Part shown: positions 15,654-26,286 of the stretch, piece by piece
Layout of the letters: every line of letters begins with the position of its first letter
Numbering within the stretch: the first letter of the stretch is position 1
NCBI GenBank assembly: GCA_963696385.1
Contig: CAVOKF010000005.1
Location: 1 to 64,000 of the forward strand
Reading direction: 5' to 3'
Source of the DNA: an uncultured delta proteobacterium
GTDB taxonomy: Bacteria; Myxococcota_A; Polyangia; Polyangiales; Polyangiaceae
DNA: 64,000 nt
Program-made: the position numbers and the translations under genes
Notes under the pieces: model-generated
The model's input: only the letters and a program-made list of their open reading frames with translations
What the model was told of the DNA's origin: nothing
Databases searched by the model: none

Positions 15654-17702
15654 GTGCCGGTCCATCAGGTTGTCACATCCCGCCCGCCGGGCCCGCCTCC
15701 TCGCGTCGGCCTGACGGCACACGGGCTCGACCTGGGAGACGGCAAAGTTCTGCCGCTTTGGTCGGGCGCGATGCACTACTGGCGCAACCGGCCTTCCGAG
15801 TGGCGGACCGGCCTGGAAGCGATGCGTCGGATGGGTCTTCGGCTCGTTGATACCTACGTACCTTGGGGCGTTCACGAAACTGCGCCGGGCGAGTACGACT
15901 TCGGGCAGCATGACCCGCGGCTCGACGTCGTCCAATTCCTCGAGATCGCGCACGACGTCGGCCTGCGATGTCTGCTTCGCCCGGGACCGCACATTAACGC
16001 CGAGCTCACGTTTTTCGGATTGCCCGAGCGCGTCGTTTGGGATCCGGAGTGTCAGGCGCGAACGCCGGGTGGACATCCGGTGATGCTGCCGATGGTGCCG
16101 GTGGCGTTTCCTGTTCCGAGTTACGCGAGCGACGCGTTCCTCGAGCAGACTTCGCGCTGGTATCGGGCAGTTGGTCACCGCTTGTCGCGTCTGCGCTGGC
16201 CGGACGGCCCGATCGTCCTCGTCCAAGTTGATAACGAAGGGGCGCTCTACTTTCGGGACGGTCAGTATGACCAGGACTATCACCCCGACGCAGTGCACTC
16301 ATTTCGCGAGTTTCTTCGGATCAAGTACCGGCGCAGCGTGCGCGCGCTCCGCTACTCTTGGAGCGACGAAACGCTCAGCTTCGCGGCGGTTGAGCCGCCC
16401 AAACGGTTTGACGCTCGCGAGACACGTGGACTCTCGAGGCATGTCGATTGGGCCGAGTTCCACGAGCATCTCCTATCGACGGCGATGGATCGAATGGCCG
16501 CATCGTTGGCAGACGCCGGGTTTGACGGATTGCCGCTCACCCACAACTTGCCGCTTGGCGAGAGTGCGACCCCACTAAACCCGGCGCGGCTAACCGCCAT
16601 CGACCTCGTCGGTCTCGACTACTACCATCGCGCCAGTCCGAACGATCACTGGGCGATCTTGCGTCGCACGACCGAGCTCGCCTGCCGGTGCGAAGGTCGA
16701 CTGCGCCCCGCGTTTGGCGCCGAGGTTGGAGCGGGGTTTCCGCCCTTCTTTCCGCCGCTCGATGAGCACGACTCGATGTATGCCCTAATGTGCGCTCTGG
16801 CTTACGGATTGCGTGGTTTCAACTTGTATATGGCTGTCGAGCGCGACCGTTGGGTGGGCGCCCCCATCGACGTACACGGGCATCCCCGTCCTCTCGCGGA
16901 GCGCTATACGCGCCTATTGACGGCGCTGGACCGGGGCGCATTTCACACGCTGCGGCGCCGCTCGCCGGTCCGGCTCGTGGTGCCACGCGCGCTGCGGCGG
17001 CTGGCTCGCGTTACCCACGCGTTTGGCCCGCTGACCCCCGCGCTGTTTCACGTCGCCGGCGCAGGCTGGCGCGAGACCGTGCTTGAGCGCGACTTCGGAC
17101 TGGATGCACCTCCCGTTATGGCGGCCGAAGCATATCTACGCGCCTTTGAGCGCGCGCTGCACGCGCGCGGGGTTCCGTTCGCATATGTGGGAGGCGAGAC
17201 GGTCGAGCGCTCGACAGCTGGGGCTCAATGGATCGTGTGCGCGAGCGCAGGTGGGCTCAAACCGCATCTCGTAGACAGCCTGCACGCGGCGAGAGAGTCG
17301 GGCGTTCTTGTCACCTTAGGGCCGCGTCTCCCCGAGCTCGACGGCGCGATGCGGCCGCTGCGACGTCCGGTCGACGTGAGCGGCATAGAGATCGAGCCGC
17401 TCGAGGACCTGGCGGGTGCAGACGCGCTCGTGGCGAAACGGATTGACGAACTGCGATTGCCTACCTGGCCGGTCAATCCGGTCGATGCCTACGTCGCTGT
17501 CCACGAGGACGACTCCGGCGCTGTCCGCATCGTCTTCGTCATGAATCCCACGACCGGAGACGCCACCGCCCGCTTTTCTCTCACGGGCGTCGCTGCACTG
17601 GTCGATGCTCTCGACGGTCGCCGCGTTGCACGAACCGCCGGCGCGCTCGAGGTGAGCGTGCCGGCACGTGCAGTCCGTATGATGGTCGCAGAGGCATCGT
17701 GA
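15654..17702 (+). CDS. Beta-galactosidase-like glycoside hydrolase (GH35/GH42 clan A)
   Basis: SGAMHYWR; DTYVPWGVHE..PGEYDF; RPGPHINAE; GPIVLVQVDNE. Confidence 0.85.
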   Translation: MPVHQVVTSRPPGPPPRVGLTAHGLDLGDGKVLPLWSGAMHYWRNRPSEWRTGLEAMRRMGLRLVDTYVPWGVHETAPGEYDFGQHDPRLDVVQFLEIAHDVGLRCLLRPGPHINAELTFFGLPERVVWDPECQARTPGGHPVMLPMVPVAFPVPSYASDAFLEQTSRWYRAVGHRLSRLRWPDGPIVLVQVDNEGALYFRDGQYDQDYHPDAVHSFREFLRIKYRRSVRALRYSWSDETLSFAAVEPPKRFDARETRGLSRHVDWAEFHEHLLSTAMDRMAASLADAGFDGLPLTHNLPLGESATPLNPARLTAIDLVGLDYYHRASPNDHWAILRRTTELACRCEGRLRPAFGAEVGAGFPPFFPPLDEHDSMYALMCALAYGLRGFNLYMAVERDRWVGAPIDVHGHPRPLAERYTRLLTALDRGAFHTLRRRSPVRLVVPRALRRLARVTHAFGPLTPALFHVAGAGWRETVLERDFGLDAPPVMAAEAYLRAFERALHARGVPFAYVGGETVERSTAGAQWIVCASAGGLKPHLVDSLHAARESGVLVTLGPRLPELDGAMRPLRRPVDVSGIEIEPLEDLAGADALVAKRIDELRLPTWPVNPVDAYVAVHEDDSGAVRIVFVMNPTTGDATARFSLTGVAALVDALDGRRVARTAGALEVSVPARAVRMMVAEAS

Positions 17703-17703
17703 C

Positions 17704-18441
17704 ATGCTCTCCTCAATAGCCCGCTCTCAAAGCCCGCCCGCCGAGCCTCGATCCTCAATCCTCGACGCGCACGAGACCGCGATCCGCGAGGTTCTCAACG
17801 ACGGGCCCGAGATGCCCGCGCCCGCCGTGCTCGAGCGACTGCGGCCCCTGGGGACCAAAGGCGGCGTCACGATCCTGCGCCGCCGTCTGCGGCGTCTTCG
17901 CCCACACGGACATCGCGAGGCATTCCTGACACTTCACTTCGCGCCGGCTGAGACCATGCAGGTGGACTGGCGGGTTCGCGTCGCTCACGGCGTGGCCCAG
18001 CGCGCGTTCGCCGCCGTTCCCTGCCACTCGCGGTATCTCTACATCGAATTCACAGTCAGCCAGGCTTGCGCGCAGCTTCTACGGGGCACCACCGCCGTCG
18101 ACATCGTCGACAAAACGAGACCGTCGCGCTCTCGCACTCGGCCAAGGCGACCGTGTTCAATCCCAGGTTCTCGAAGGCGTGCTCGCAGGGCGTTTGCCCT
18201 CTGGGCCTGCAACGTCCGCAAGGGCAACGAAAAAGGACGCGTCGAGCGCACGATCGGCTTGGTCCGTCGACCCACTGGCCCGGTCGCCGGTTCCGCGATC
18301 TGCTCGAGCTCAATGCGCAGGCCTTCGCTTGGACATTGCCGCCAACGACCAAGAGTTTTGGCGTCGCTGGCATATGGCACTCAGCAGTGGTTGTCCGACG
18401 ATGTCTACCAGCCACTCGGCGGATCGCGCGGTGGCGCGTAA
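17704..18441 (+). pseudogene. istA: Decayed IS21-family transposase (IstA) remnant
   Basis: EAFLTLHFAPAETMQVDW; CHSRYLYIEF; GNEKGRVERTIG; frameshifted and deleted, with no istB. Confidence 0.75.
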
Positions 18442-18582
18442 TGATCACAATGTTGCTCGGCGGGAGTCGGAGAGTGCGTCTTCGGCACCTTCGCGATTCA
18501 TTTCGTCACCAGGCAATCGGAGACGGCTTACGGGCGCGAGCGCGCGACTCGGTAGTCGGGACGTGTTACGCCGCTCCCGCAG

Positions 18583-18996
18583 ATGCTTTCGCGCCGCGCC
18601 GCCTTCGTCTTCGGCACGTTGGATCTCTTTACGGCCGCTCTGACGGCCCTCGGCGTGTTCGTCGCACTCCCAGCGCGGTGGGCGCCGATTGACGCAACGG
18701 CTGCGGCTGTATTGGCGCTCGAGCTGGGGTCCTCCGTGGCCCTCTTCTCTGGGGCGGGCTGGGCGGAGCGGCTCGCCACGGTGGCTGCGGGTTTTGCGTT
18801 CGGGGTCGGACTCGTGCTCGTCACCCTACTGGCGCTGACGGCGAGTTGGCTCAGTGGAGTCTACGGCGCTGTCGGTCGCGGAGGCGCTCTCGTCCTCGCT
18901 CTTGTCGCCGCGCTTGCACTGCCGTATCTCGTCGTCTTTCCCGCTGTGAAGCTCTTCTGGTTAGGGTCCAGTTCTCGAGGACGGGACGAAAAGTGA
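18583..18996 (+). CDS. Hypothetical 4-TM membrane protein
   Basis: Four hydrophobic segments; GTGA-coupled to the next gene. Confidence 0.65.
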   Translation: MLSRRAAFVFGTLDLFTAALTALGVFVALPARWAPIDATAAAVLALELGSSVALFSGAGWAERLATVAAGFAFGVGLVLVTLLALTASWLSGVYGAVGRGGALVLALVAALALPYLVVFPAVKLFWLGSSSRGRDEK

Positions 18997-20648
18997 GGGG
19001 ACGGTCGCTCTTTTGGCTGCTCGTCACATGGGCAATTGGCACCCTCGTCGTGTGCACCATTGTTCACCAAATGTTTGAGCTCGACATCGACGAACTGCAT
19101 CCACGCGCAGTCATCGCGAGCGTCTGGAGCGGCGGCGAGCTCCGGGCACGAGCTGTTCTCGCCCGCGCAGATGAGGGGGCGCCGGCTTTCGACGCGGCGC
19201 TCGCCGCAAACCACGACGCGACCCTCGTCTACGAGAGCATCGTCGCCGAAGGTCCCGTGTGGGTACGCCCCGCTTTCCTCCTCGCCCTGGGGTTGGTCGC
19301 CGGGCACGACGGTATTCGGGCGACGTACCGGGGGCGCACCGAGTATTTCACACCGGACGACTTGCTTGCGCGCCAAGCGTACGACAAGGGCGTTGAAATC
19401 AAGAGTCTGTCCCTCACCGCAGGCGTGGACGTGCCGCTCGTGCTCGCGCTGCTGTCCGAGCGGTTCGGCGTTACGGTGCGAACCCTGCTCGACGAGGCGC
19501 GGTTCGCGCGTTTTCGTGTTACTCGGTCGATGCCACGCGTTCTTCCGCATCCTGCGGTGACGGCCGAAACGATGACCAAAGACGACGTGCGCGCCGCGGT
19601 CATTGCGGCTGGCTCGTTTCTGGCCCGTGGGGTCGATGGCGAAGGGCGGTTCCGGTACCTTGTCGACGCGCCGACGAACCACGTGCTGTCAGGGTACGAT
19701 TGGCCTCGCCACGCCGGGGCGACGTATTTTCTCGCTCAGGCCGCGTCGCTCTCCGGCGACGCCGACATGAGTGCGGCGACGCTGCGCGCGGCCGATCGCT
19801 TGAGAGATCGAGCAACCGTCAGTTGCGGCGACCACCGATGCATTGGCTCAGGTATGGTCGTTGACCTCGGCTCGTCGGCGCTCGCTGTCGTCGCTTTCGT
19901 CGAGATAGCTCGAACGAATCTTGACCCGGAGTACGCGGCTCTCGTGCCCGCATTGGCCGAATTCCTCCGTTCGCAGCAGCGGCCGGATGGCGAATTCATG
20001 CACCTGTATGACCGCGCTTCCAACCGTCCAACCGACGTTCAGTTTCTGTATTATTCGGGAGAGGCTTCGCTGGCTCTATCACGCGCGCATATGCTTCTGG
20101 GCGATGCACGCGACCTTGAAGCCGCGTCCCATGCGCTGTCCTATTTGGTGGGCGCAGGTTGGAGTTTCTTTGGAAGTCGTTACTATTTCGCAGAAGAGCA
20201 CTGGACATGCCAGGCGATGGGCGACCTTTGGGCGCGCGCGCCGAGCCGAAGTGCCCTCGACTTCTGCCTTCGCTGGCAGACGTTCAATCGCGCACTGCAG
20301 TACCGCAACGGCGACACGTCTTTTGACGCGGATGGAGCATATGGGTTCGGACCCATTCTGACCCCTCGGCTTACGCCGGTCGCCAGTCGCTCGGAGGCCG
20401 GCATCGCCACTCTCGATGCGGCGCGCCGCGCGGGCATTTCGGCCGATGAGCTGATGCGCTTGGAAGGTCAAACGCGACGATCGCTGGCGCTGCTGCTGAG
20501 GCAACAGTTTCGGCTGGGGCCGCGACACCTTCTTGTGGACCCCGCCGCAATCGACGGTGCGATGCCCGGAAGCGAGGTCGACTGGCAACTGAGGATCGAC
20601 TACACGCAGCATGCCGGCTCCGCCCTTGTACGCTGGCTCGCTCTTTGA
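18993..20648 (+). CDS. Membrane-anchored protein with a probable alpha/alpha-barrel C-terminal domain
   Basis: N-terminal TM; GRFRY...YDWPRHAGATYFL; QQRPDGEF; YYSGEASLAL; LRIDYTQHAGSAL. Confidence 0.6.
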   Translation: MRGRSLFWLLVTWAIGTLVVCTIVHQMFELDIDELHPRAVIASVWSGGELRARAVLARADEGAPAFDAALAANHDATLVYESIVAEGPVWVRPAFLLALGLVAGHDGIRATYRGRTEYFTPDDLLARQAYDKGVEIKSLSLTAGVDVPLVLALLSERFGVTVRTLLDEARFARFRVTRSMPRVLPHPAVTAETMTKDDVRAAVIAAGSFLARGVDGEGRFRYLVDAPTNHVLSGYDWPRHAGATYFLAQAASLSGDADMSAATLRAADRLRDRATVSCGDHRCIGSGMVVDLGSSALAVVAFVEIARTNLDPEYAALVPALAEFLRSQQRPDGEFMHLYDRASNRPTDVQFLYYSGEASLALSRAHMLLGDARDLEAASHALSYLVGAGWSFFGSRYYFAEEHWTCQAMGDLWARAPSRSALDFCLRWQTFNRALQYRNGDTSFDADGAYGFGPILTPRLTPVASRSEAGIATLDAARRAGISADELMRLEGQTRRSLALLLRQQFRLGPRHLLVDPAAIDGAMPGSEVDWQLRIDYTQHAGSALVRWLAL

Positions 20649-21120
20649 CGGCTGGGTTGGTCGGCTCGCCGCCAGAGCTTGGGCGTTCGGCGACTCGCCG
20701 CGTCGGTTGCCGTGCGCAAAAAAAAGATGGTCAGCGCCGCTGCGTGTGCTTAGCTATTTACCCGTGGCTGCGGCGGTCTACCGCCGACCGAGGAGAATGT
20801 CGCTTTCGCAGATCGGAAAGGTCATGACGCCCGGGCGACGCCAGGGCCGTCGAAGCTTAGCAGCTTACGGGGCACACGCGCGCGGGTTCCGCGGCCCATT
20901 CATGGCTTGCGCGGGACTCCAGCTCGCAGCGGGTTCCGCTCATCATGGCTCCCGGGTCGACGCGCGGATCCGTCTTCACCCTAGCGCCGCGATGGCGCTT
21001 GCGCTGGTTTTTCCGTTCATCCGGCGAGCGGCCCGCCCGTGTGGTCAACTCGTCGATCGCTTGCAAGCGGATGGGATCCTGCCGGGGCCAGCCGATGGCG
21101 GGAGCGAAGGGGAAGGGTGC

Positions 21121-21381
21121 ATGAAGAGAAAGCCGAGCATCAGGAACCTCGAGACCTTATCATTGGAGGAGGCCGAGGCGTACCTGGACTACGCGAACGG
21201 CGACGAGCTCAACGCAGCCTGCGCGCTCGCTTGGGATCGAAACCGCTTGGACGGCTCGGGAGCCGCACCAGATGATGCTGAGGTTCACCATGCGCTCTTC
21301 CTCTTGTGCCGAGCGCGCGGCGCGCGTCCGCCGAGCTACGACGAAATGCGCGTGGAGCGTCGTCGTCGTGTTGCCGCCTGA
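21121..21381 (+). CDS. Small hypothetical protein
   Basis: Purine-rich RBS, ATG and protein-like composition (LSLEEAEAYL...DAEVHHALFLL). Confidence 0.6.
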   Translation: MKRKPSIRNLETLSLEEAEAYLDYANGDELNAACALAWDRNRLDGSGAAPDDAEVHHALFLLCRARGARPPSYDEMRVERRRRVAA

Positions 21382-21405
21382 GTGCGATTTCGTCTCTCGC
21401 GAGGA

Positions 21406-22575
21406 TCAGGGTGGGGGGCGCGATGGCGCGAGGGGCTGATTTTGTTCGCTCGATTCGGTTGGCGACGTGGTTCGGCTGCGCCACGAAAGGAGGCCCAGGA
21501 CCCCGACCATCATGGCGATGCCCAGCACCAGCCCAGCAAGCAGCGCGGTTCGAGCCGACATGCCGTTCGGCGGGGGGGCCTGGTCGAGGTGGTCCGAGTC
21601 AGCCATTGGTCGCATAACGTATCGAACCTGGTCTTCATCCAACGTGGCAACCCGAAGGTGGCTGATTCCGCAAACTCCAGCGAGCGATTGAGCCAGTTCA
21701 TCAGCGGTCTGGAAGCGTCTGGTCGGATCGCGCGAGCAAGCGCGTAAAAACCAGGCGTCCAACCCCGCTGGCAGATTGGGATTTAGCCGCGACGGCAGCG
21801 GCAACGGGGCCGCGCAGACCTTCAACACGATGTCGCCCAACATTTCGCCTTCGAACGGGAGGCGTCCCGTCATCGCGGCAAATGTGCAAGCACCAAGCGA
21901 CCAGAGATCCGTCAACGCGCCGGGCAAACCGCCCATCGTCAGTTGTTCGGGGGCCATGAAGTTTGGCGTACCGATTACCGTACCCTCAAGGGTAGGGCCC
22001 CCCAGCCCGGACGTGCCGGCCCCACTGGGAGTGTCGTCCAGAATCTTGGCGATTCCAAAGTCGACGAGCTTGACAACATAGGGAAGCCCATCGACCCGCT
22101 CATCGCTTGTCGCGAGAAAAATGTTGTCTGGCTTCAGATCGCGATGAACGATTCCAACAGCGTGCGCTCTTGCGAGGGCGCGAGAGGCCTGAGCGATGAG
22201 GATGGCGACCTCCGTGGGCGGAAGAGAGCCCCGAGCAATGATGGCCTCGGAGAGTGACTCGCCCTCTAAGAATTCCATGACGATGTACGGTAACCCGTCG
22301 TCGCTGACGCCATAGTCGTGAACCCTAACAGCGTGCTTCGTCTGGAGTCGTGCGGCGGCTCGCGCCTCTATCTCGAAGCGAGCGCGCGCTTCGGATTGTT
22401 GTGCGAACTGTTGCTTGATTAACTTGACAGCGACCCGCGTTCCGAACTTCACGTGCGACCCCTCCCACACGGTGCCCATTCCGCCCGAGCCGATAAGCCG
22501 GACGACCCGGTACTTGCCCCCGATGATCGATCCGACGAGCTCGGGCGCTTCGAACGGGGGAACCGCCTCGCTCAT
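21406..22575 (-). CDS. Hanks-type Ser/Thr protein kinase with C-terminal TM segment
   Basis: GSGGMGTV; VAVK; HRDLKPDN; DFG; GTPNFMAPEQ; DLWSLG. Confidence 0.95.
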   Translation of the reverse strand: MSEAVPPFEAPELVGSIIGGKYRVVRLIGSGGMGTVWEGSHVKFGTRVAVKLIKQQFAQQSEARARFEIEARAAARLQTKHAVRVHDYGVSDDGLPYIVMEFLEGESLSEAIIARGSLPPTEVAILIAQASRALARAHAVGIVHRDLKPDNIFLATSDERVDGLPYVVKLVDFGIAKILDDTPSGAGTSGLGGPTLEGTVIGTPNFMAPEQLTMGGLPGALTDLWSLGACTFAAMTGRLPFEGEMLGDIVLKVCAAPLPLPSRLNPNLPAGLDAWFLRACSRDPTRRFQTADELAQSLAGVCGISHLRVATLDEDQVRYVMRPMADSDHLDQAPPPNGMSARTALLAGLVLGIAMMVGVLGLLSWRSRTTSPTESSEQNQPLAPSRPPP

Positions 22576-22682
22576 GGAACGCGTCTAAAGATACCGGATC
22601 GATGGCGGCTCGCGCCAACCTGAGGCGTCAACTGATTGCGCGGCCACTGTCGTTTGGGCAAAGCTGCCCTTCGGTCGCGCCC

Positions 22683-23420
22683 ATGACGCTCAGAACCTCC
22701 AGGTTTCTCTACGTGCCTTTCGTCGCGCTTGTGGCATGTGAAAAGCCGAGTCAAGACACCGCGAGTCCCGCAGAAGTCGCGCCGGTTTCGGTCCCCTTCG
22801 CGCCAGACGCTTCCGTGGCGACACTGCCGGCACCGGAGATCATCGTCGATCGCACGAACGTCGACGTCGGCCGGCGCCGTCTCCCTGCCGGCGAACCAGG
22901 GCTCGGCGACAGAGTCGAGGCGCTCGTGCACGGCGAGGCATCGATCGAAGGGTGCACAGTTGACGTTGTGGCGATGCGCGCCGCGCGACCTTCCGCCGTC
23001 GTCTCGGTGGTCGACGCGCTACGCCGCAGCAAGGCCTCGGCCGTCAACGTCAAGACCGAGGCACGCGACGGGACCACTTTGACGCTGCCGGTCTCGTTGT
23101 CCGGTCGTCTCTCGGACTGCGCGACCGTGGCTTGGATCACCAAGGATGCATCTGTCGTCGTGTGGCCCGCGGGAGGCGGCCTCGCCAAGCGGGTCCCCCG
23201 TGGGCTTGCGGGCCCGGACTTGACCTTGGGGCTGGAAGCGATGCACAAGTGCGCGACGGCTTGCGAAGCGACGCAATTCGCGGCCGGCGCCGATGATGCC
23301 ATGGGCTGGGGGCTGGTGTTCGACCTCGCCCTAGGTGCGTTGCACGCGGCGTGGACGCGGACCAGCGCGGTTGTGCTAGTGACTGGCCCGGTGCCGGGCC
23401 ATCCGCTCACATTGCGGTAG
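22683..23420 (+). CDS. Lipoprotein with ExbD/TolR-like periplasmic domains
   Basis: Lipobox LVAC; VVSVVDALRRSKA and ADDAMGWGLV resemble ExbD-type segments. Confidence 0.45.
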   Translation: MTLRTSRFLYVPFVALVACEKPSQDTASPAEVAPVSVPFAPDASVATLPAPEIIVDRTNVDVGRRRLPAGEPGLGDRVEALVHGEASIEGCTVDVVAMRAARPSAVVSVVDALRRSKASAVNVKTEARDGTTLTLPVSLSGRLSDCATVAWITKDASVVVWPAGGGLAKRVPRGLAGPDLTLGLEAMHKCATACEATQFAAGADDAMGWGLVFDLALGALHAAWTRTSAVVLVTGPVPGHPLTLR

Positions 23421-23763
23421 CCGATAGGCCGCCGAACGGGGACACCGCGCTGAGCCTTCACCATGTCACGAGCCCCCGCATGACGGGCCTCGGCAGTGGT
23501 CGATGACTCCCTTCGATCCTGACGGCTGCTCTGTCGAGTTCGCGCAGAGCGTCGGGACAGAACCGGACCGCCTGCTGACCAAGCGAGAGCAGCAGCACGC
23601 ACGGTCGCTCTGCTGGTTACCCCAACGAGGCTCCACCGCGTCTCCCACCGTCGTCGTTCATCCGTGAAGCAAAGAACGGCGCGAGGCGTCGGTCGCGAAT
23701 AGGGGGTTCGCGTGTCGATGTCGTGACTGGTGGCGGTTCGAACGGCCGTCCCCGGAACGATCG

Positions 23764-23836
<73 letters not shown>

Positions 23837-23930
23837 AATACGCGCACCACCGGTCGCGCCCGGAAGGGCGGGGAGGCGGGCCAGCAACGAGTCGCGCGAC
23901 CATACGCCGCCACCCTCCGAAGTCAAGTGA

Positions 23931-24614
23931 TCAATAACGATAGCCCGACACGAGCGACGTGGCGAGCAGCCCCCAACCGTTGATGGCAACAAATAGAAGA
24001 AGCTTGAAGGGCAAGCTCATGTGGACGGGACTCATCGTCTGCATGCCGAGCGCTAGGAGGACATTTGCTACGACCAGATCGATGATGACAAATGGAAGAA
24101 AAATGAGAAACCCGATGGAGAACGCCTCGCTGAGCTCCGTGACGAGGAAGGCGGGGGCGACGACGATCAAATCGTCGCCGCGCACCTGCTCGCGTTGGTC
24201 TTCCGGGCGGGTGCCCCGCGCAACGTCGAGAAATCGGTCGCGTTCGACGGCACTGGCGTTGCGCACTAAAAATTCGCGCATCGGAGAGCGCACGGCGTCG
24301 ATCCCGTCGCGCACGACGGTAGCGACATCGAGCACCTCGGTTCGCTCGAGAAGGGGCGCCGCGCGTGCGGCGATCTCATCGCCAACAGGCGCCATAACGA
24401 TCAGCGTCAGGGCCCCCGCCAATGCCGTGATAACGGTATTCGACGGAATGCCTTGTGCACCGATCGCGCTTCGCACGATTTGCAGAACCGTCGCGATTTT
24501 GACGTACGCTGTTACGGATACGAAAGCGAGCGGCAGCAAAGAGACGAGTGCAACGGCGACGACGAGTACGCTCGGGTGAGAGAATCCATTGGAAGAAGTG
24601 GCGGCTGCGGTCAT
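23931..24614 (-). CDS. sctR: Type III export gate protein, SctR/EscR/FliP family
   Basis: TAYVKI..VL.IVRSAIGAQGIP; APAFLVTEL..AF.IGF.IFLPF.IIDLVVANVLLALGM..MSP...SLPFKLLLFV..NGW. Confidence 0.9.
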   Translation of the reverse strand: MTAAATSSNGFSHPSVLVVAVALVSLLPLAFVSVTAYVKIATVLQIVRSAIGAQGIPSNTVITALAGALTLIVMAPVGDEIAARAAPLLERTEVLDVATVVRDGIDAVRSPMREFLVRNASAVERDRFLDVARGTRPEDQREQVRGDDLIVVAPAFLVTELSEAFSIGFLIFLPFVIIDLVVANVLLALGMQTMSPVHMSLPFKLLLFVAINGWGLLATSLVSGYRY

Positions 24615-24967
24615 CGCTCCCCCTTTCGGTTCAGCGTTCGCTTGCGGGTGCGAGCCAGCACCTGCGCAAACGATGAGCCTTTACTTGCTCCGTCAACGCT
24701 TGGCAGATCGCTCGCCGCGATCTCCCCGAGCTTCGTGAAGCCGGTCTCCCCGACGCCCACGACGTAGACCTGCGCGCCGACCTTCACCAGATAGATCGCG
24801 CGTCGTGCGTCGAGCGGCAGATAGCCTCGAACCTCGACCGGGCCGCTCGAACGTGCAAACCCCATGCGGCGAGCGCTCCATAAGACGACAGCCGCGAGCA
24901 AGCACACGCATGCCAGCGTGATGAACGTTTCGATCAGATATGCCGCGTAGGGAGACAGGTGCGACAC
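24611..24967 (-). CDS. fliO: FliO-like flagellar biogenesis protein
   Basis: Single TM followed by LPLDARRAIYLVKVGAQVYVVGV; ATGA overlap with sctR/fliP. Confidence 0.7.
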   Translation of the reverse strand: MSHLSPYAAYLIETFITLACVCLLAAVVLWSARRMGFARSSGPVEVRGYLPLDARRAIYLVKVGAQVYVVGVGETGFTKLGEIAASDLPSVDGASKGSSFAQVLARTRKRTLNRKGER

Positions 24968-25035
24968 GCGGGGTCCGACTCTACCGCATTGACGACCGAC
25001 TCGGTGGCCGCTAACGATGCGCGCCGGGTATCTCT

Positions 25036-26268
25036 GTGGCACTTGTCGTTCAGAAGTTCGGCGGGACCTCCGTCGGTTCGATTGAGCGCATTCGCAACGT
25101 CGCTCGGCGTGCCATCGCCGCGCAACGCCGCGGCAATCGCGTGGTCCTCGTCGTCAGCGCGATGAGCGGCGAAACGAACCGGCTTCTCGCTCTCGCGCAT
25201 GAGATCGCCAACGTGCCTGACGCCCGCGAGATGGATGTGCTCGCAGCGACCGGCGAGCAGGTGAGCGCCGCCTTGACCGCGATATGCATCCGGGCAGAAG
25301 GCGGAACTGCCCGTTCGCTTTTAGGTCATCAGGTCAAGGTGCTCACGGACGACGCGTTCACCAAGGCGCGCATAAGGGCAATTGAGGGCTGCAGGATTTT
25401 CGAAGCGCTCGATCGTGGAGAGATCGCCGTCGTTGCCGGGTTCCAGGGGGTCGACAACGTTGGAAATATCACCACGCTGGGGCGCGGCGGATCTGACACG
25501 AGCGCCGTCGCCATAGCAGCAGCCATCGGCGCTGACGAGTGCGAGATTTACACGGACGTGGACGGTGTCTATACGACCGATCCGAACATGTGCCCGTCGG
25601 CACGAAAAATCGCGCGCATCTCGTACGAGGAGATGCTCGAACTCGCGTCTCTTGGCGCAAAGGTACTCCAGATTCGGAGCGTGGAGATCGCGATGAAATA
25701 CGACGTGCCCGTTCACGTGCGAAGTTCTTTCAATGATCAGCCCGGGACGCTGGTGACCAAGGAGGACGCCGCCCTTGAAGGAATGGTCGTCAGCGGCGTC
25801 GCGTACGACCCGGCGGAAGCGCGGGTGCACGTCGTCGGACTCGACGATCGCCCGGGTGTCGCGGCTGAGCTCTTCGAAAAAATCGCCGAAAAGAACATTT
25901 CTGTCGACATGATCGTCCAGAATGTGACCACCGACCCCGACCGGCGAGCGGCGATCACCTTCACGCTGGGAAAGACTGATCTAGCGAGAGCGAAGCCATG
26001 GATCGAATCGGTCGCGAAAAGTCTCGGCTCGCGCGACGTTCGCTACGACGAGGATGTCGTCAAAGTATCGATCGTCGGGCTCGGTATGCGGTCTCACGCC
26101 GGAATCGCAGCAAAGATGTTTCGCATTCTCGCAGGTGAGGGGATCAATATTCAGGCGATCGCGACGAGCGAAATCAAGGTCAGCTGCCTCGTAGCATCCA
26201 AATACACGGAGCTCGCCGTTCGCGCACTGCACGATGGGTTCGGTCTCGCGAAAGCCGACAAGACCTGA
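25036..26268 (+). CDS. lysC: Aspartate kinase
   Basis: [32 protein letters not shown]; two ACT domains; TSEIKVS. Confidence 0.95.
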   Translation: MALVVQKFGGTSVGSIERIRNVARRAIAAQRRGNRVVLVVSAMSGETNRLLALAHEIANVPDAREMDVLAATGEQVSAALTAICIRAEGGTARSLLGHQVKVLTDDAFTKARIRAIEGCRIFEALDRGEIAVVAGFQGVDNVGNITTLGRGGSDTSAVAIAAAIGADECEIYTDVDGVYTTDPNMCPSARKIARISYEEMLELASLGAKVLQIRSVEIAMKYDVPVHVRSSFNDQPGTLVTKEDAALEGMVVSGVAYDPAEARVHVVGLDDRPGVAAELFEKIAEKNISVDMIVQNVTTDPDRRAAITFTLGKTDLARAKPWIESVAKSLGSRDVRYDEDVVKVSIVGLGMRSHAGIAAKMFRILAGEGINIQAIATSEIKVSCLVASKYTELAVRALHDGFGLAKADKT

Positions 26269-26286
26269 GGCATTTCTCGGCCGCAG

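Noticed and set aside
20650..21120. Possible ncRNA or riboswitch in a ~470-bp intergenic region (also 44390-44870)
   Set aside because: No recognisable Rfam-like motif or convincing long stem by eye; an Infernal search would be needed.
23420..23763. Possible island integrated at the tRNA-Ala 3' end
   Set aside because: No integrase nearby, no duplicated tRNA end seen, and flanking genes look like core genome.
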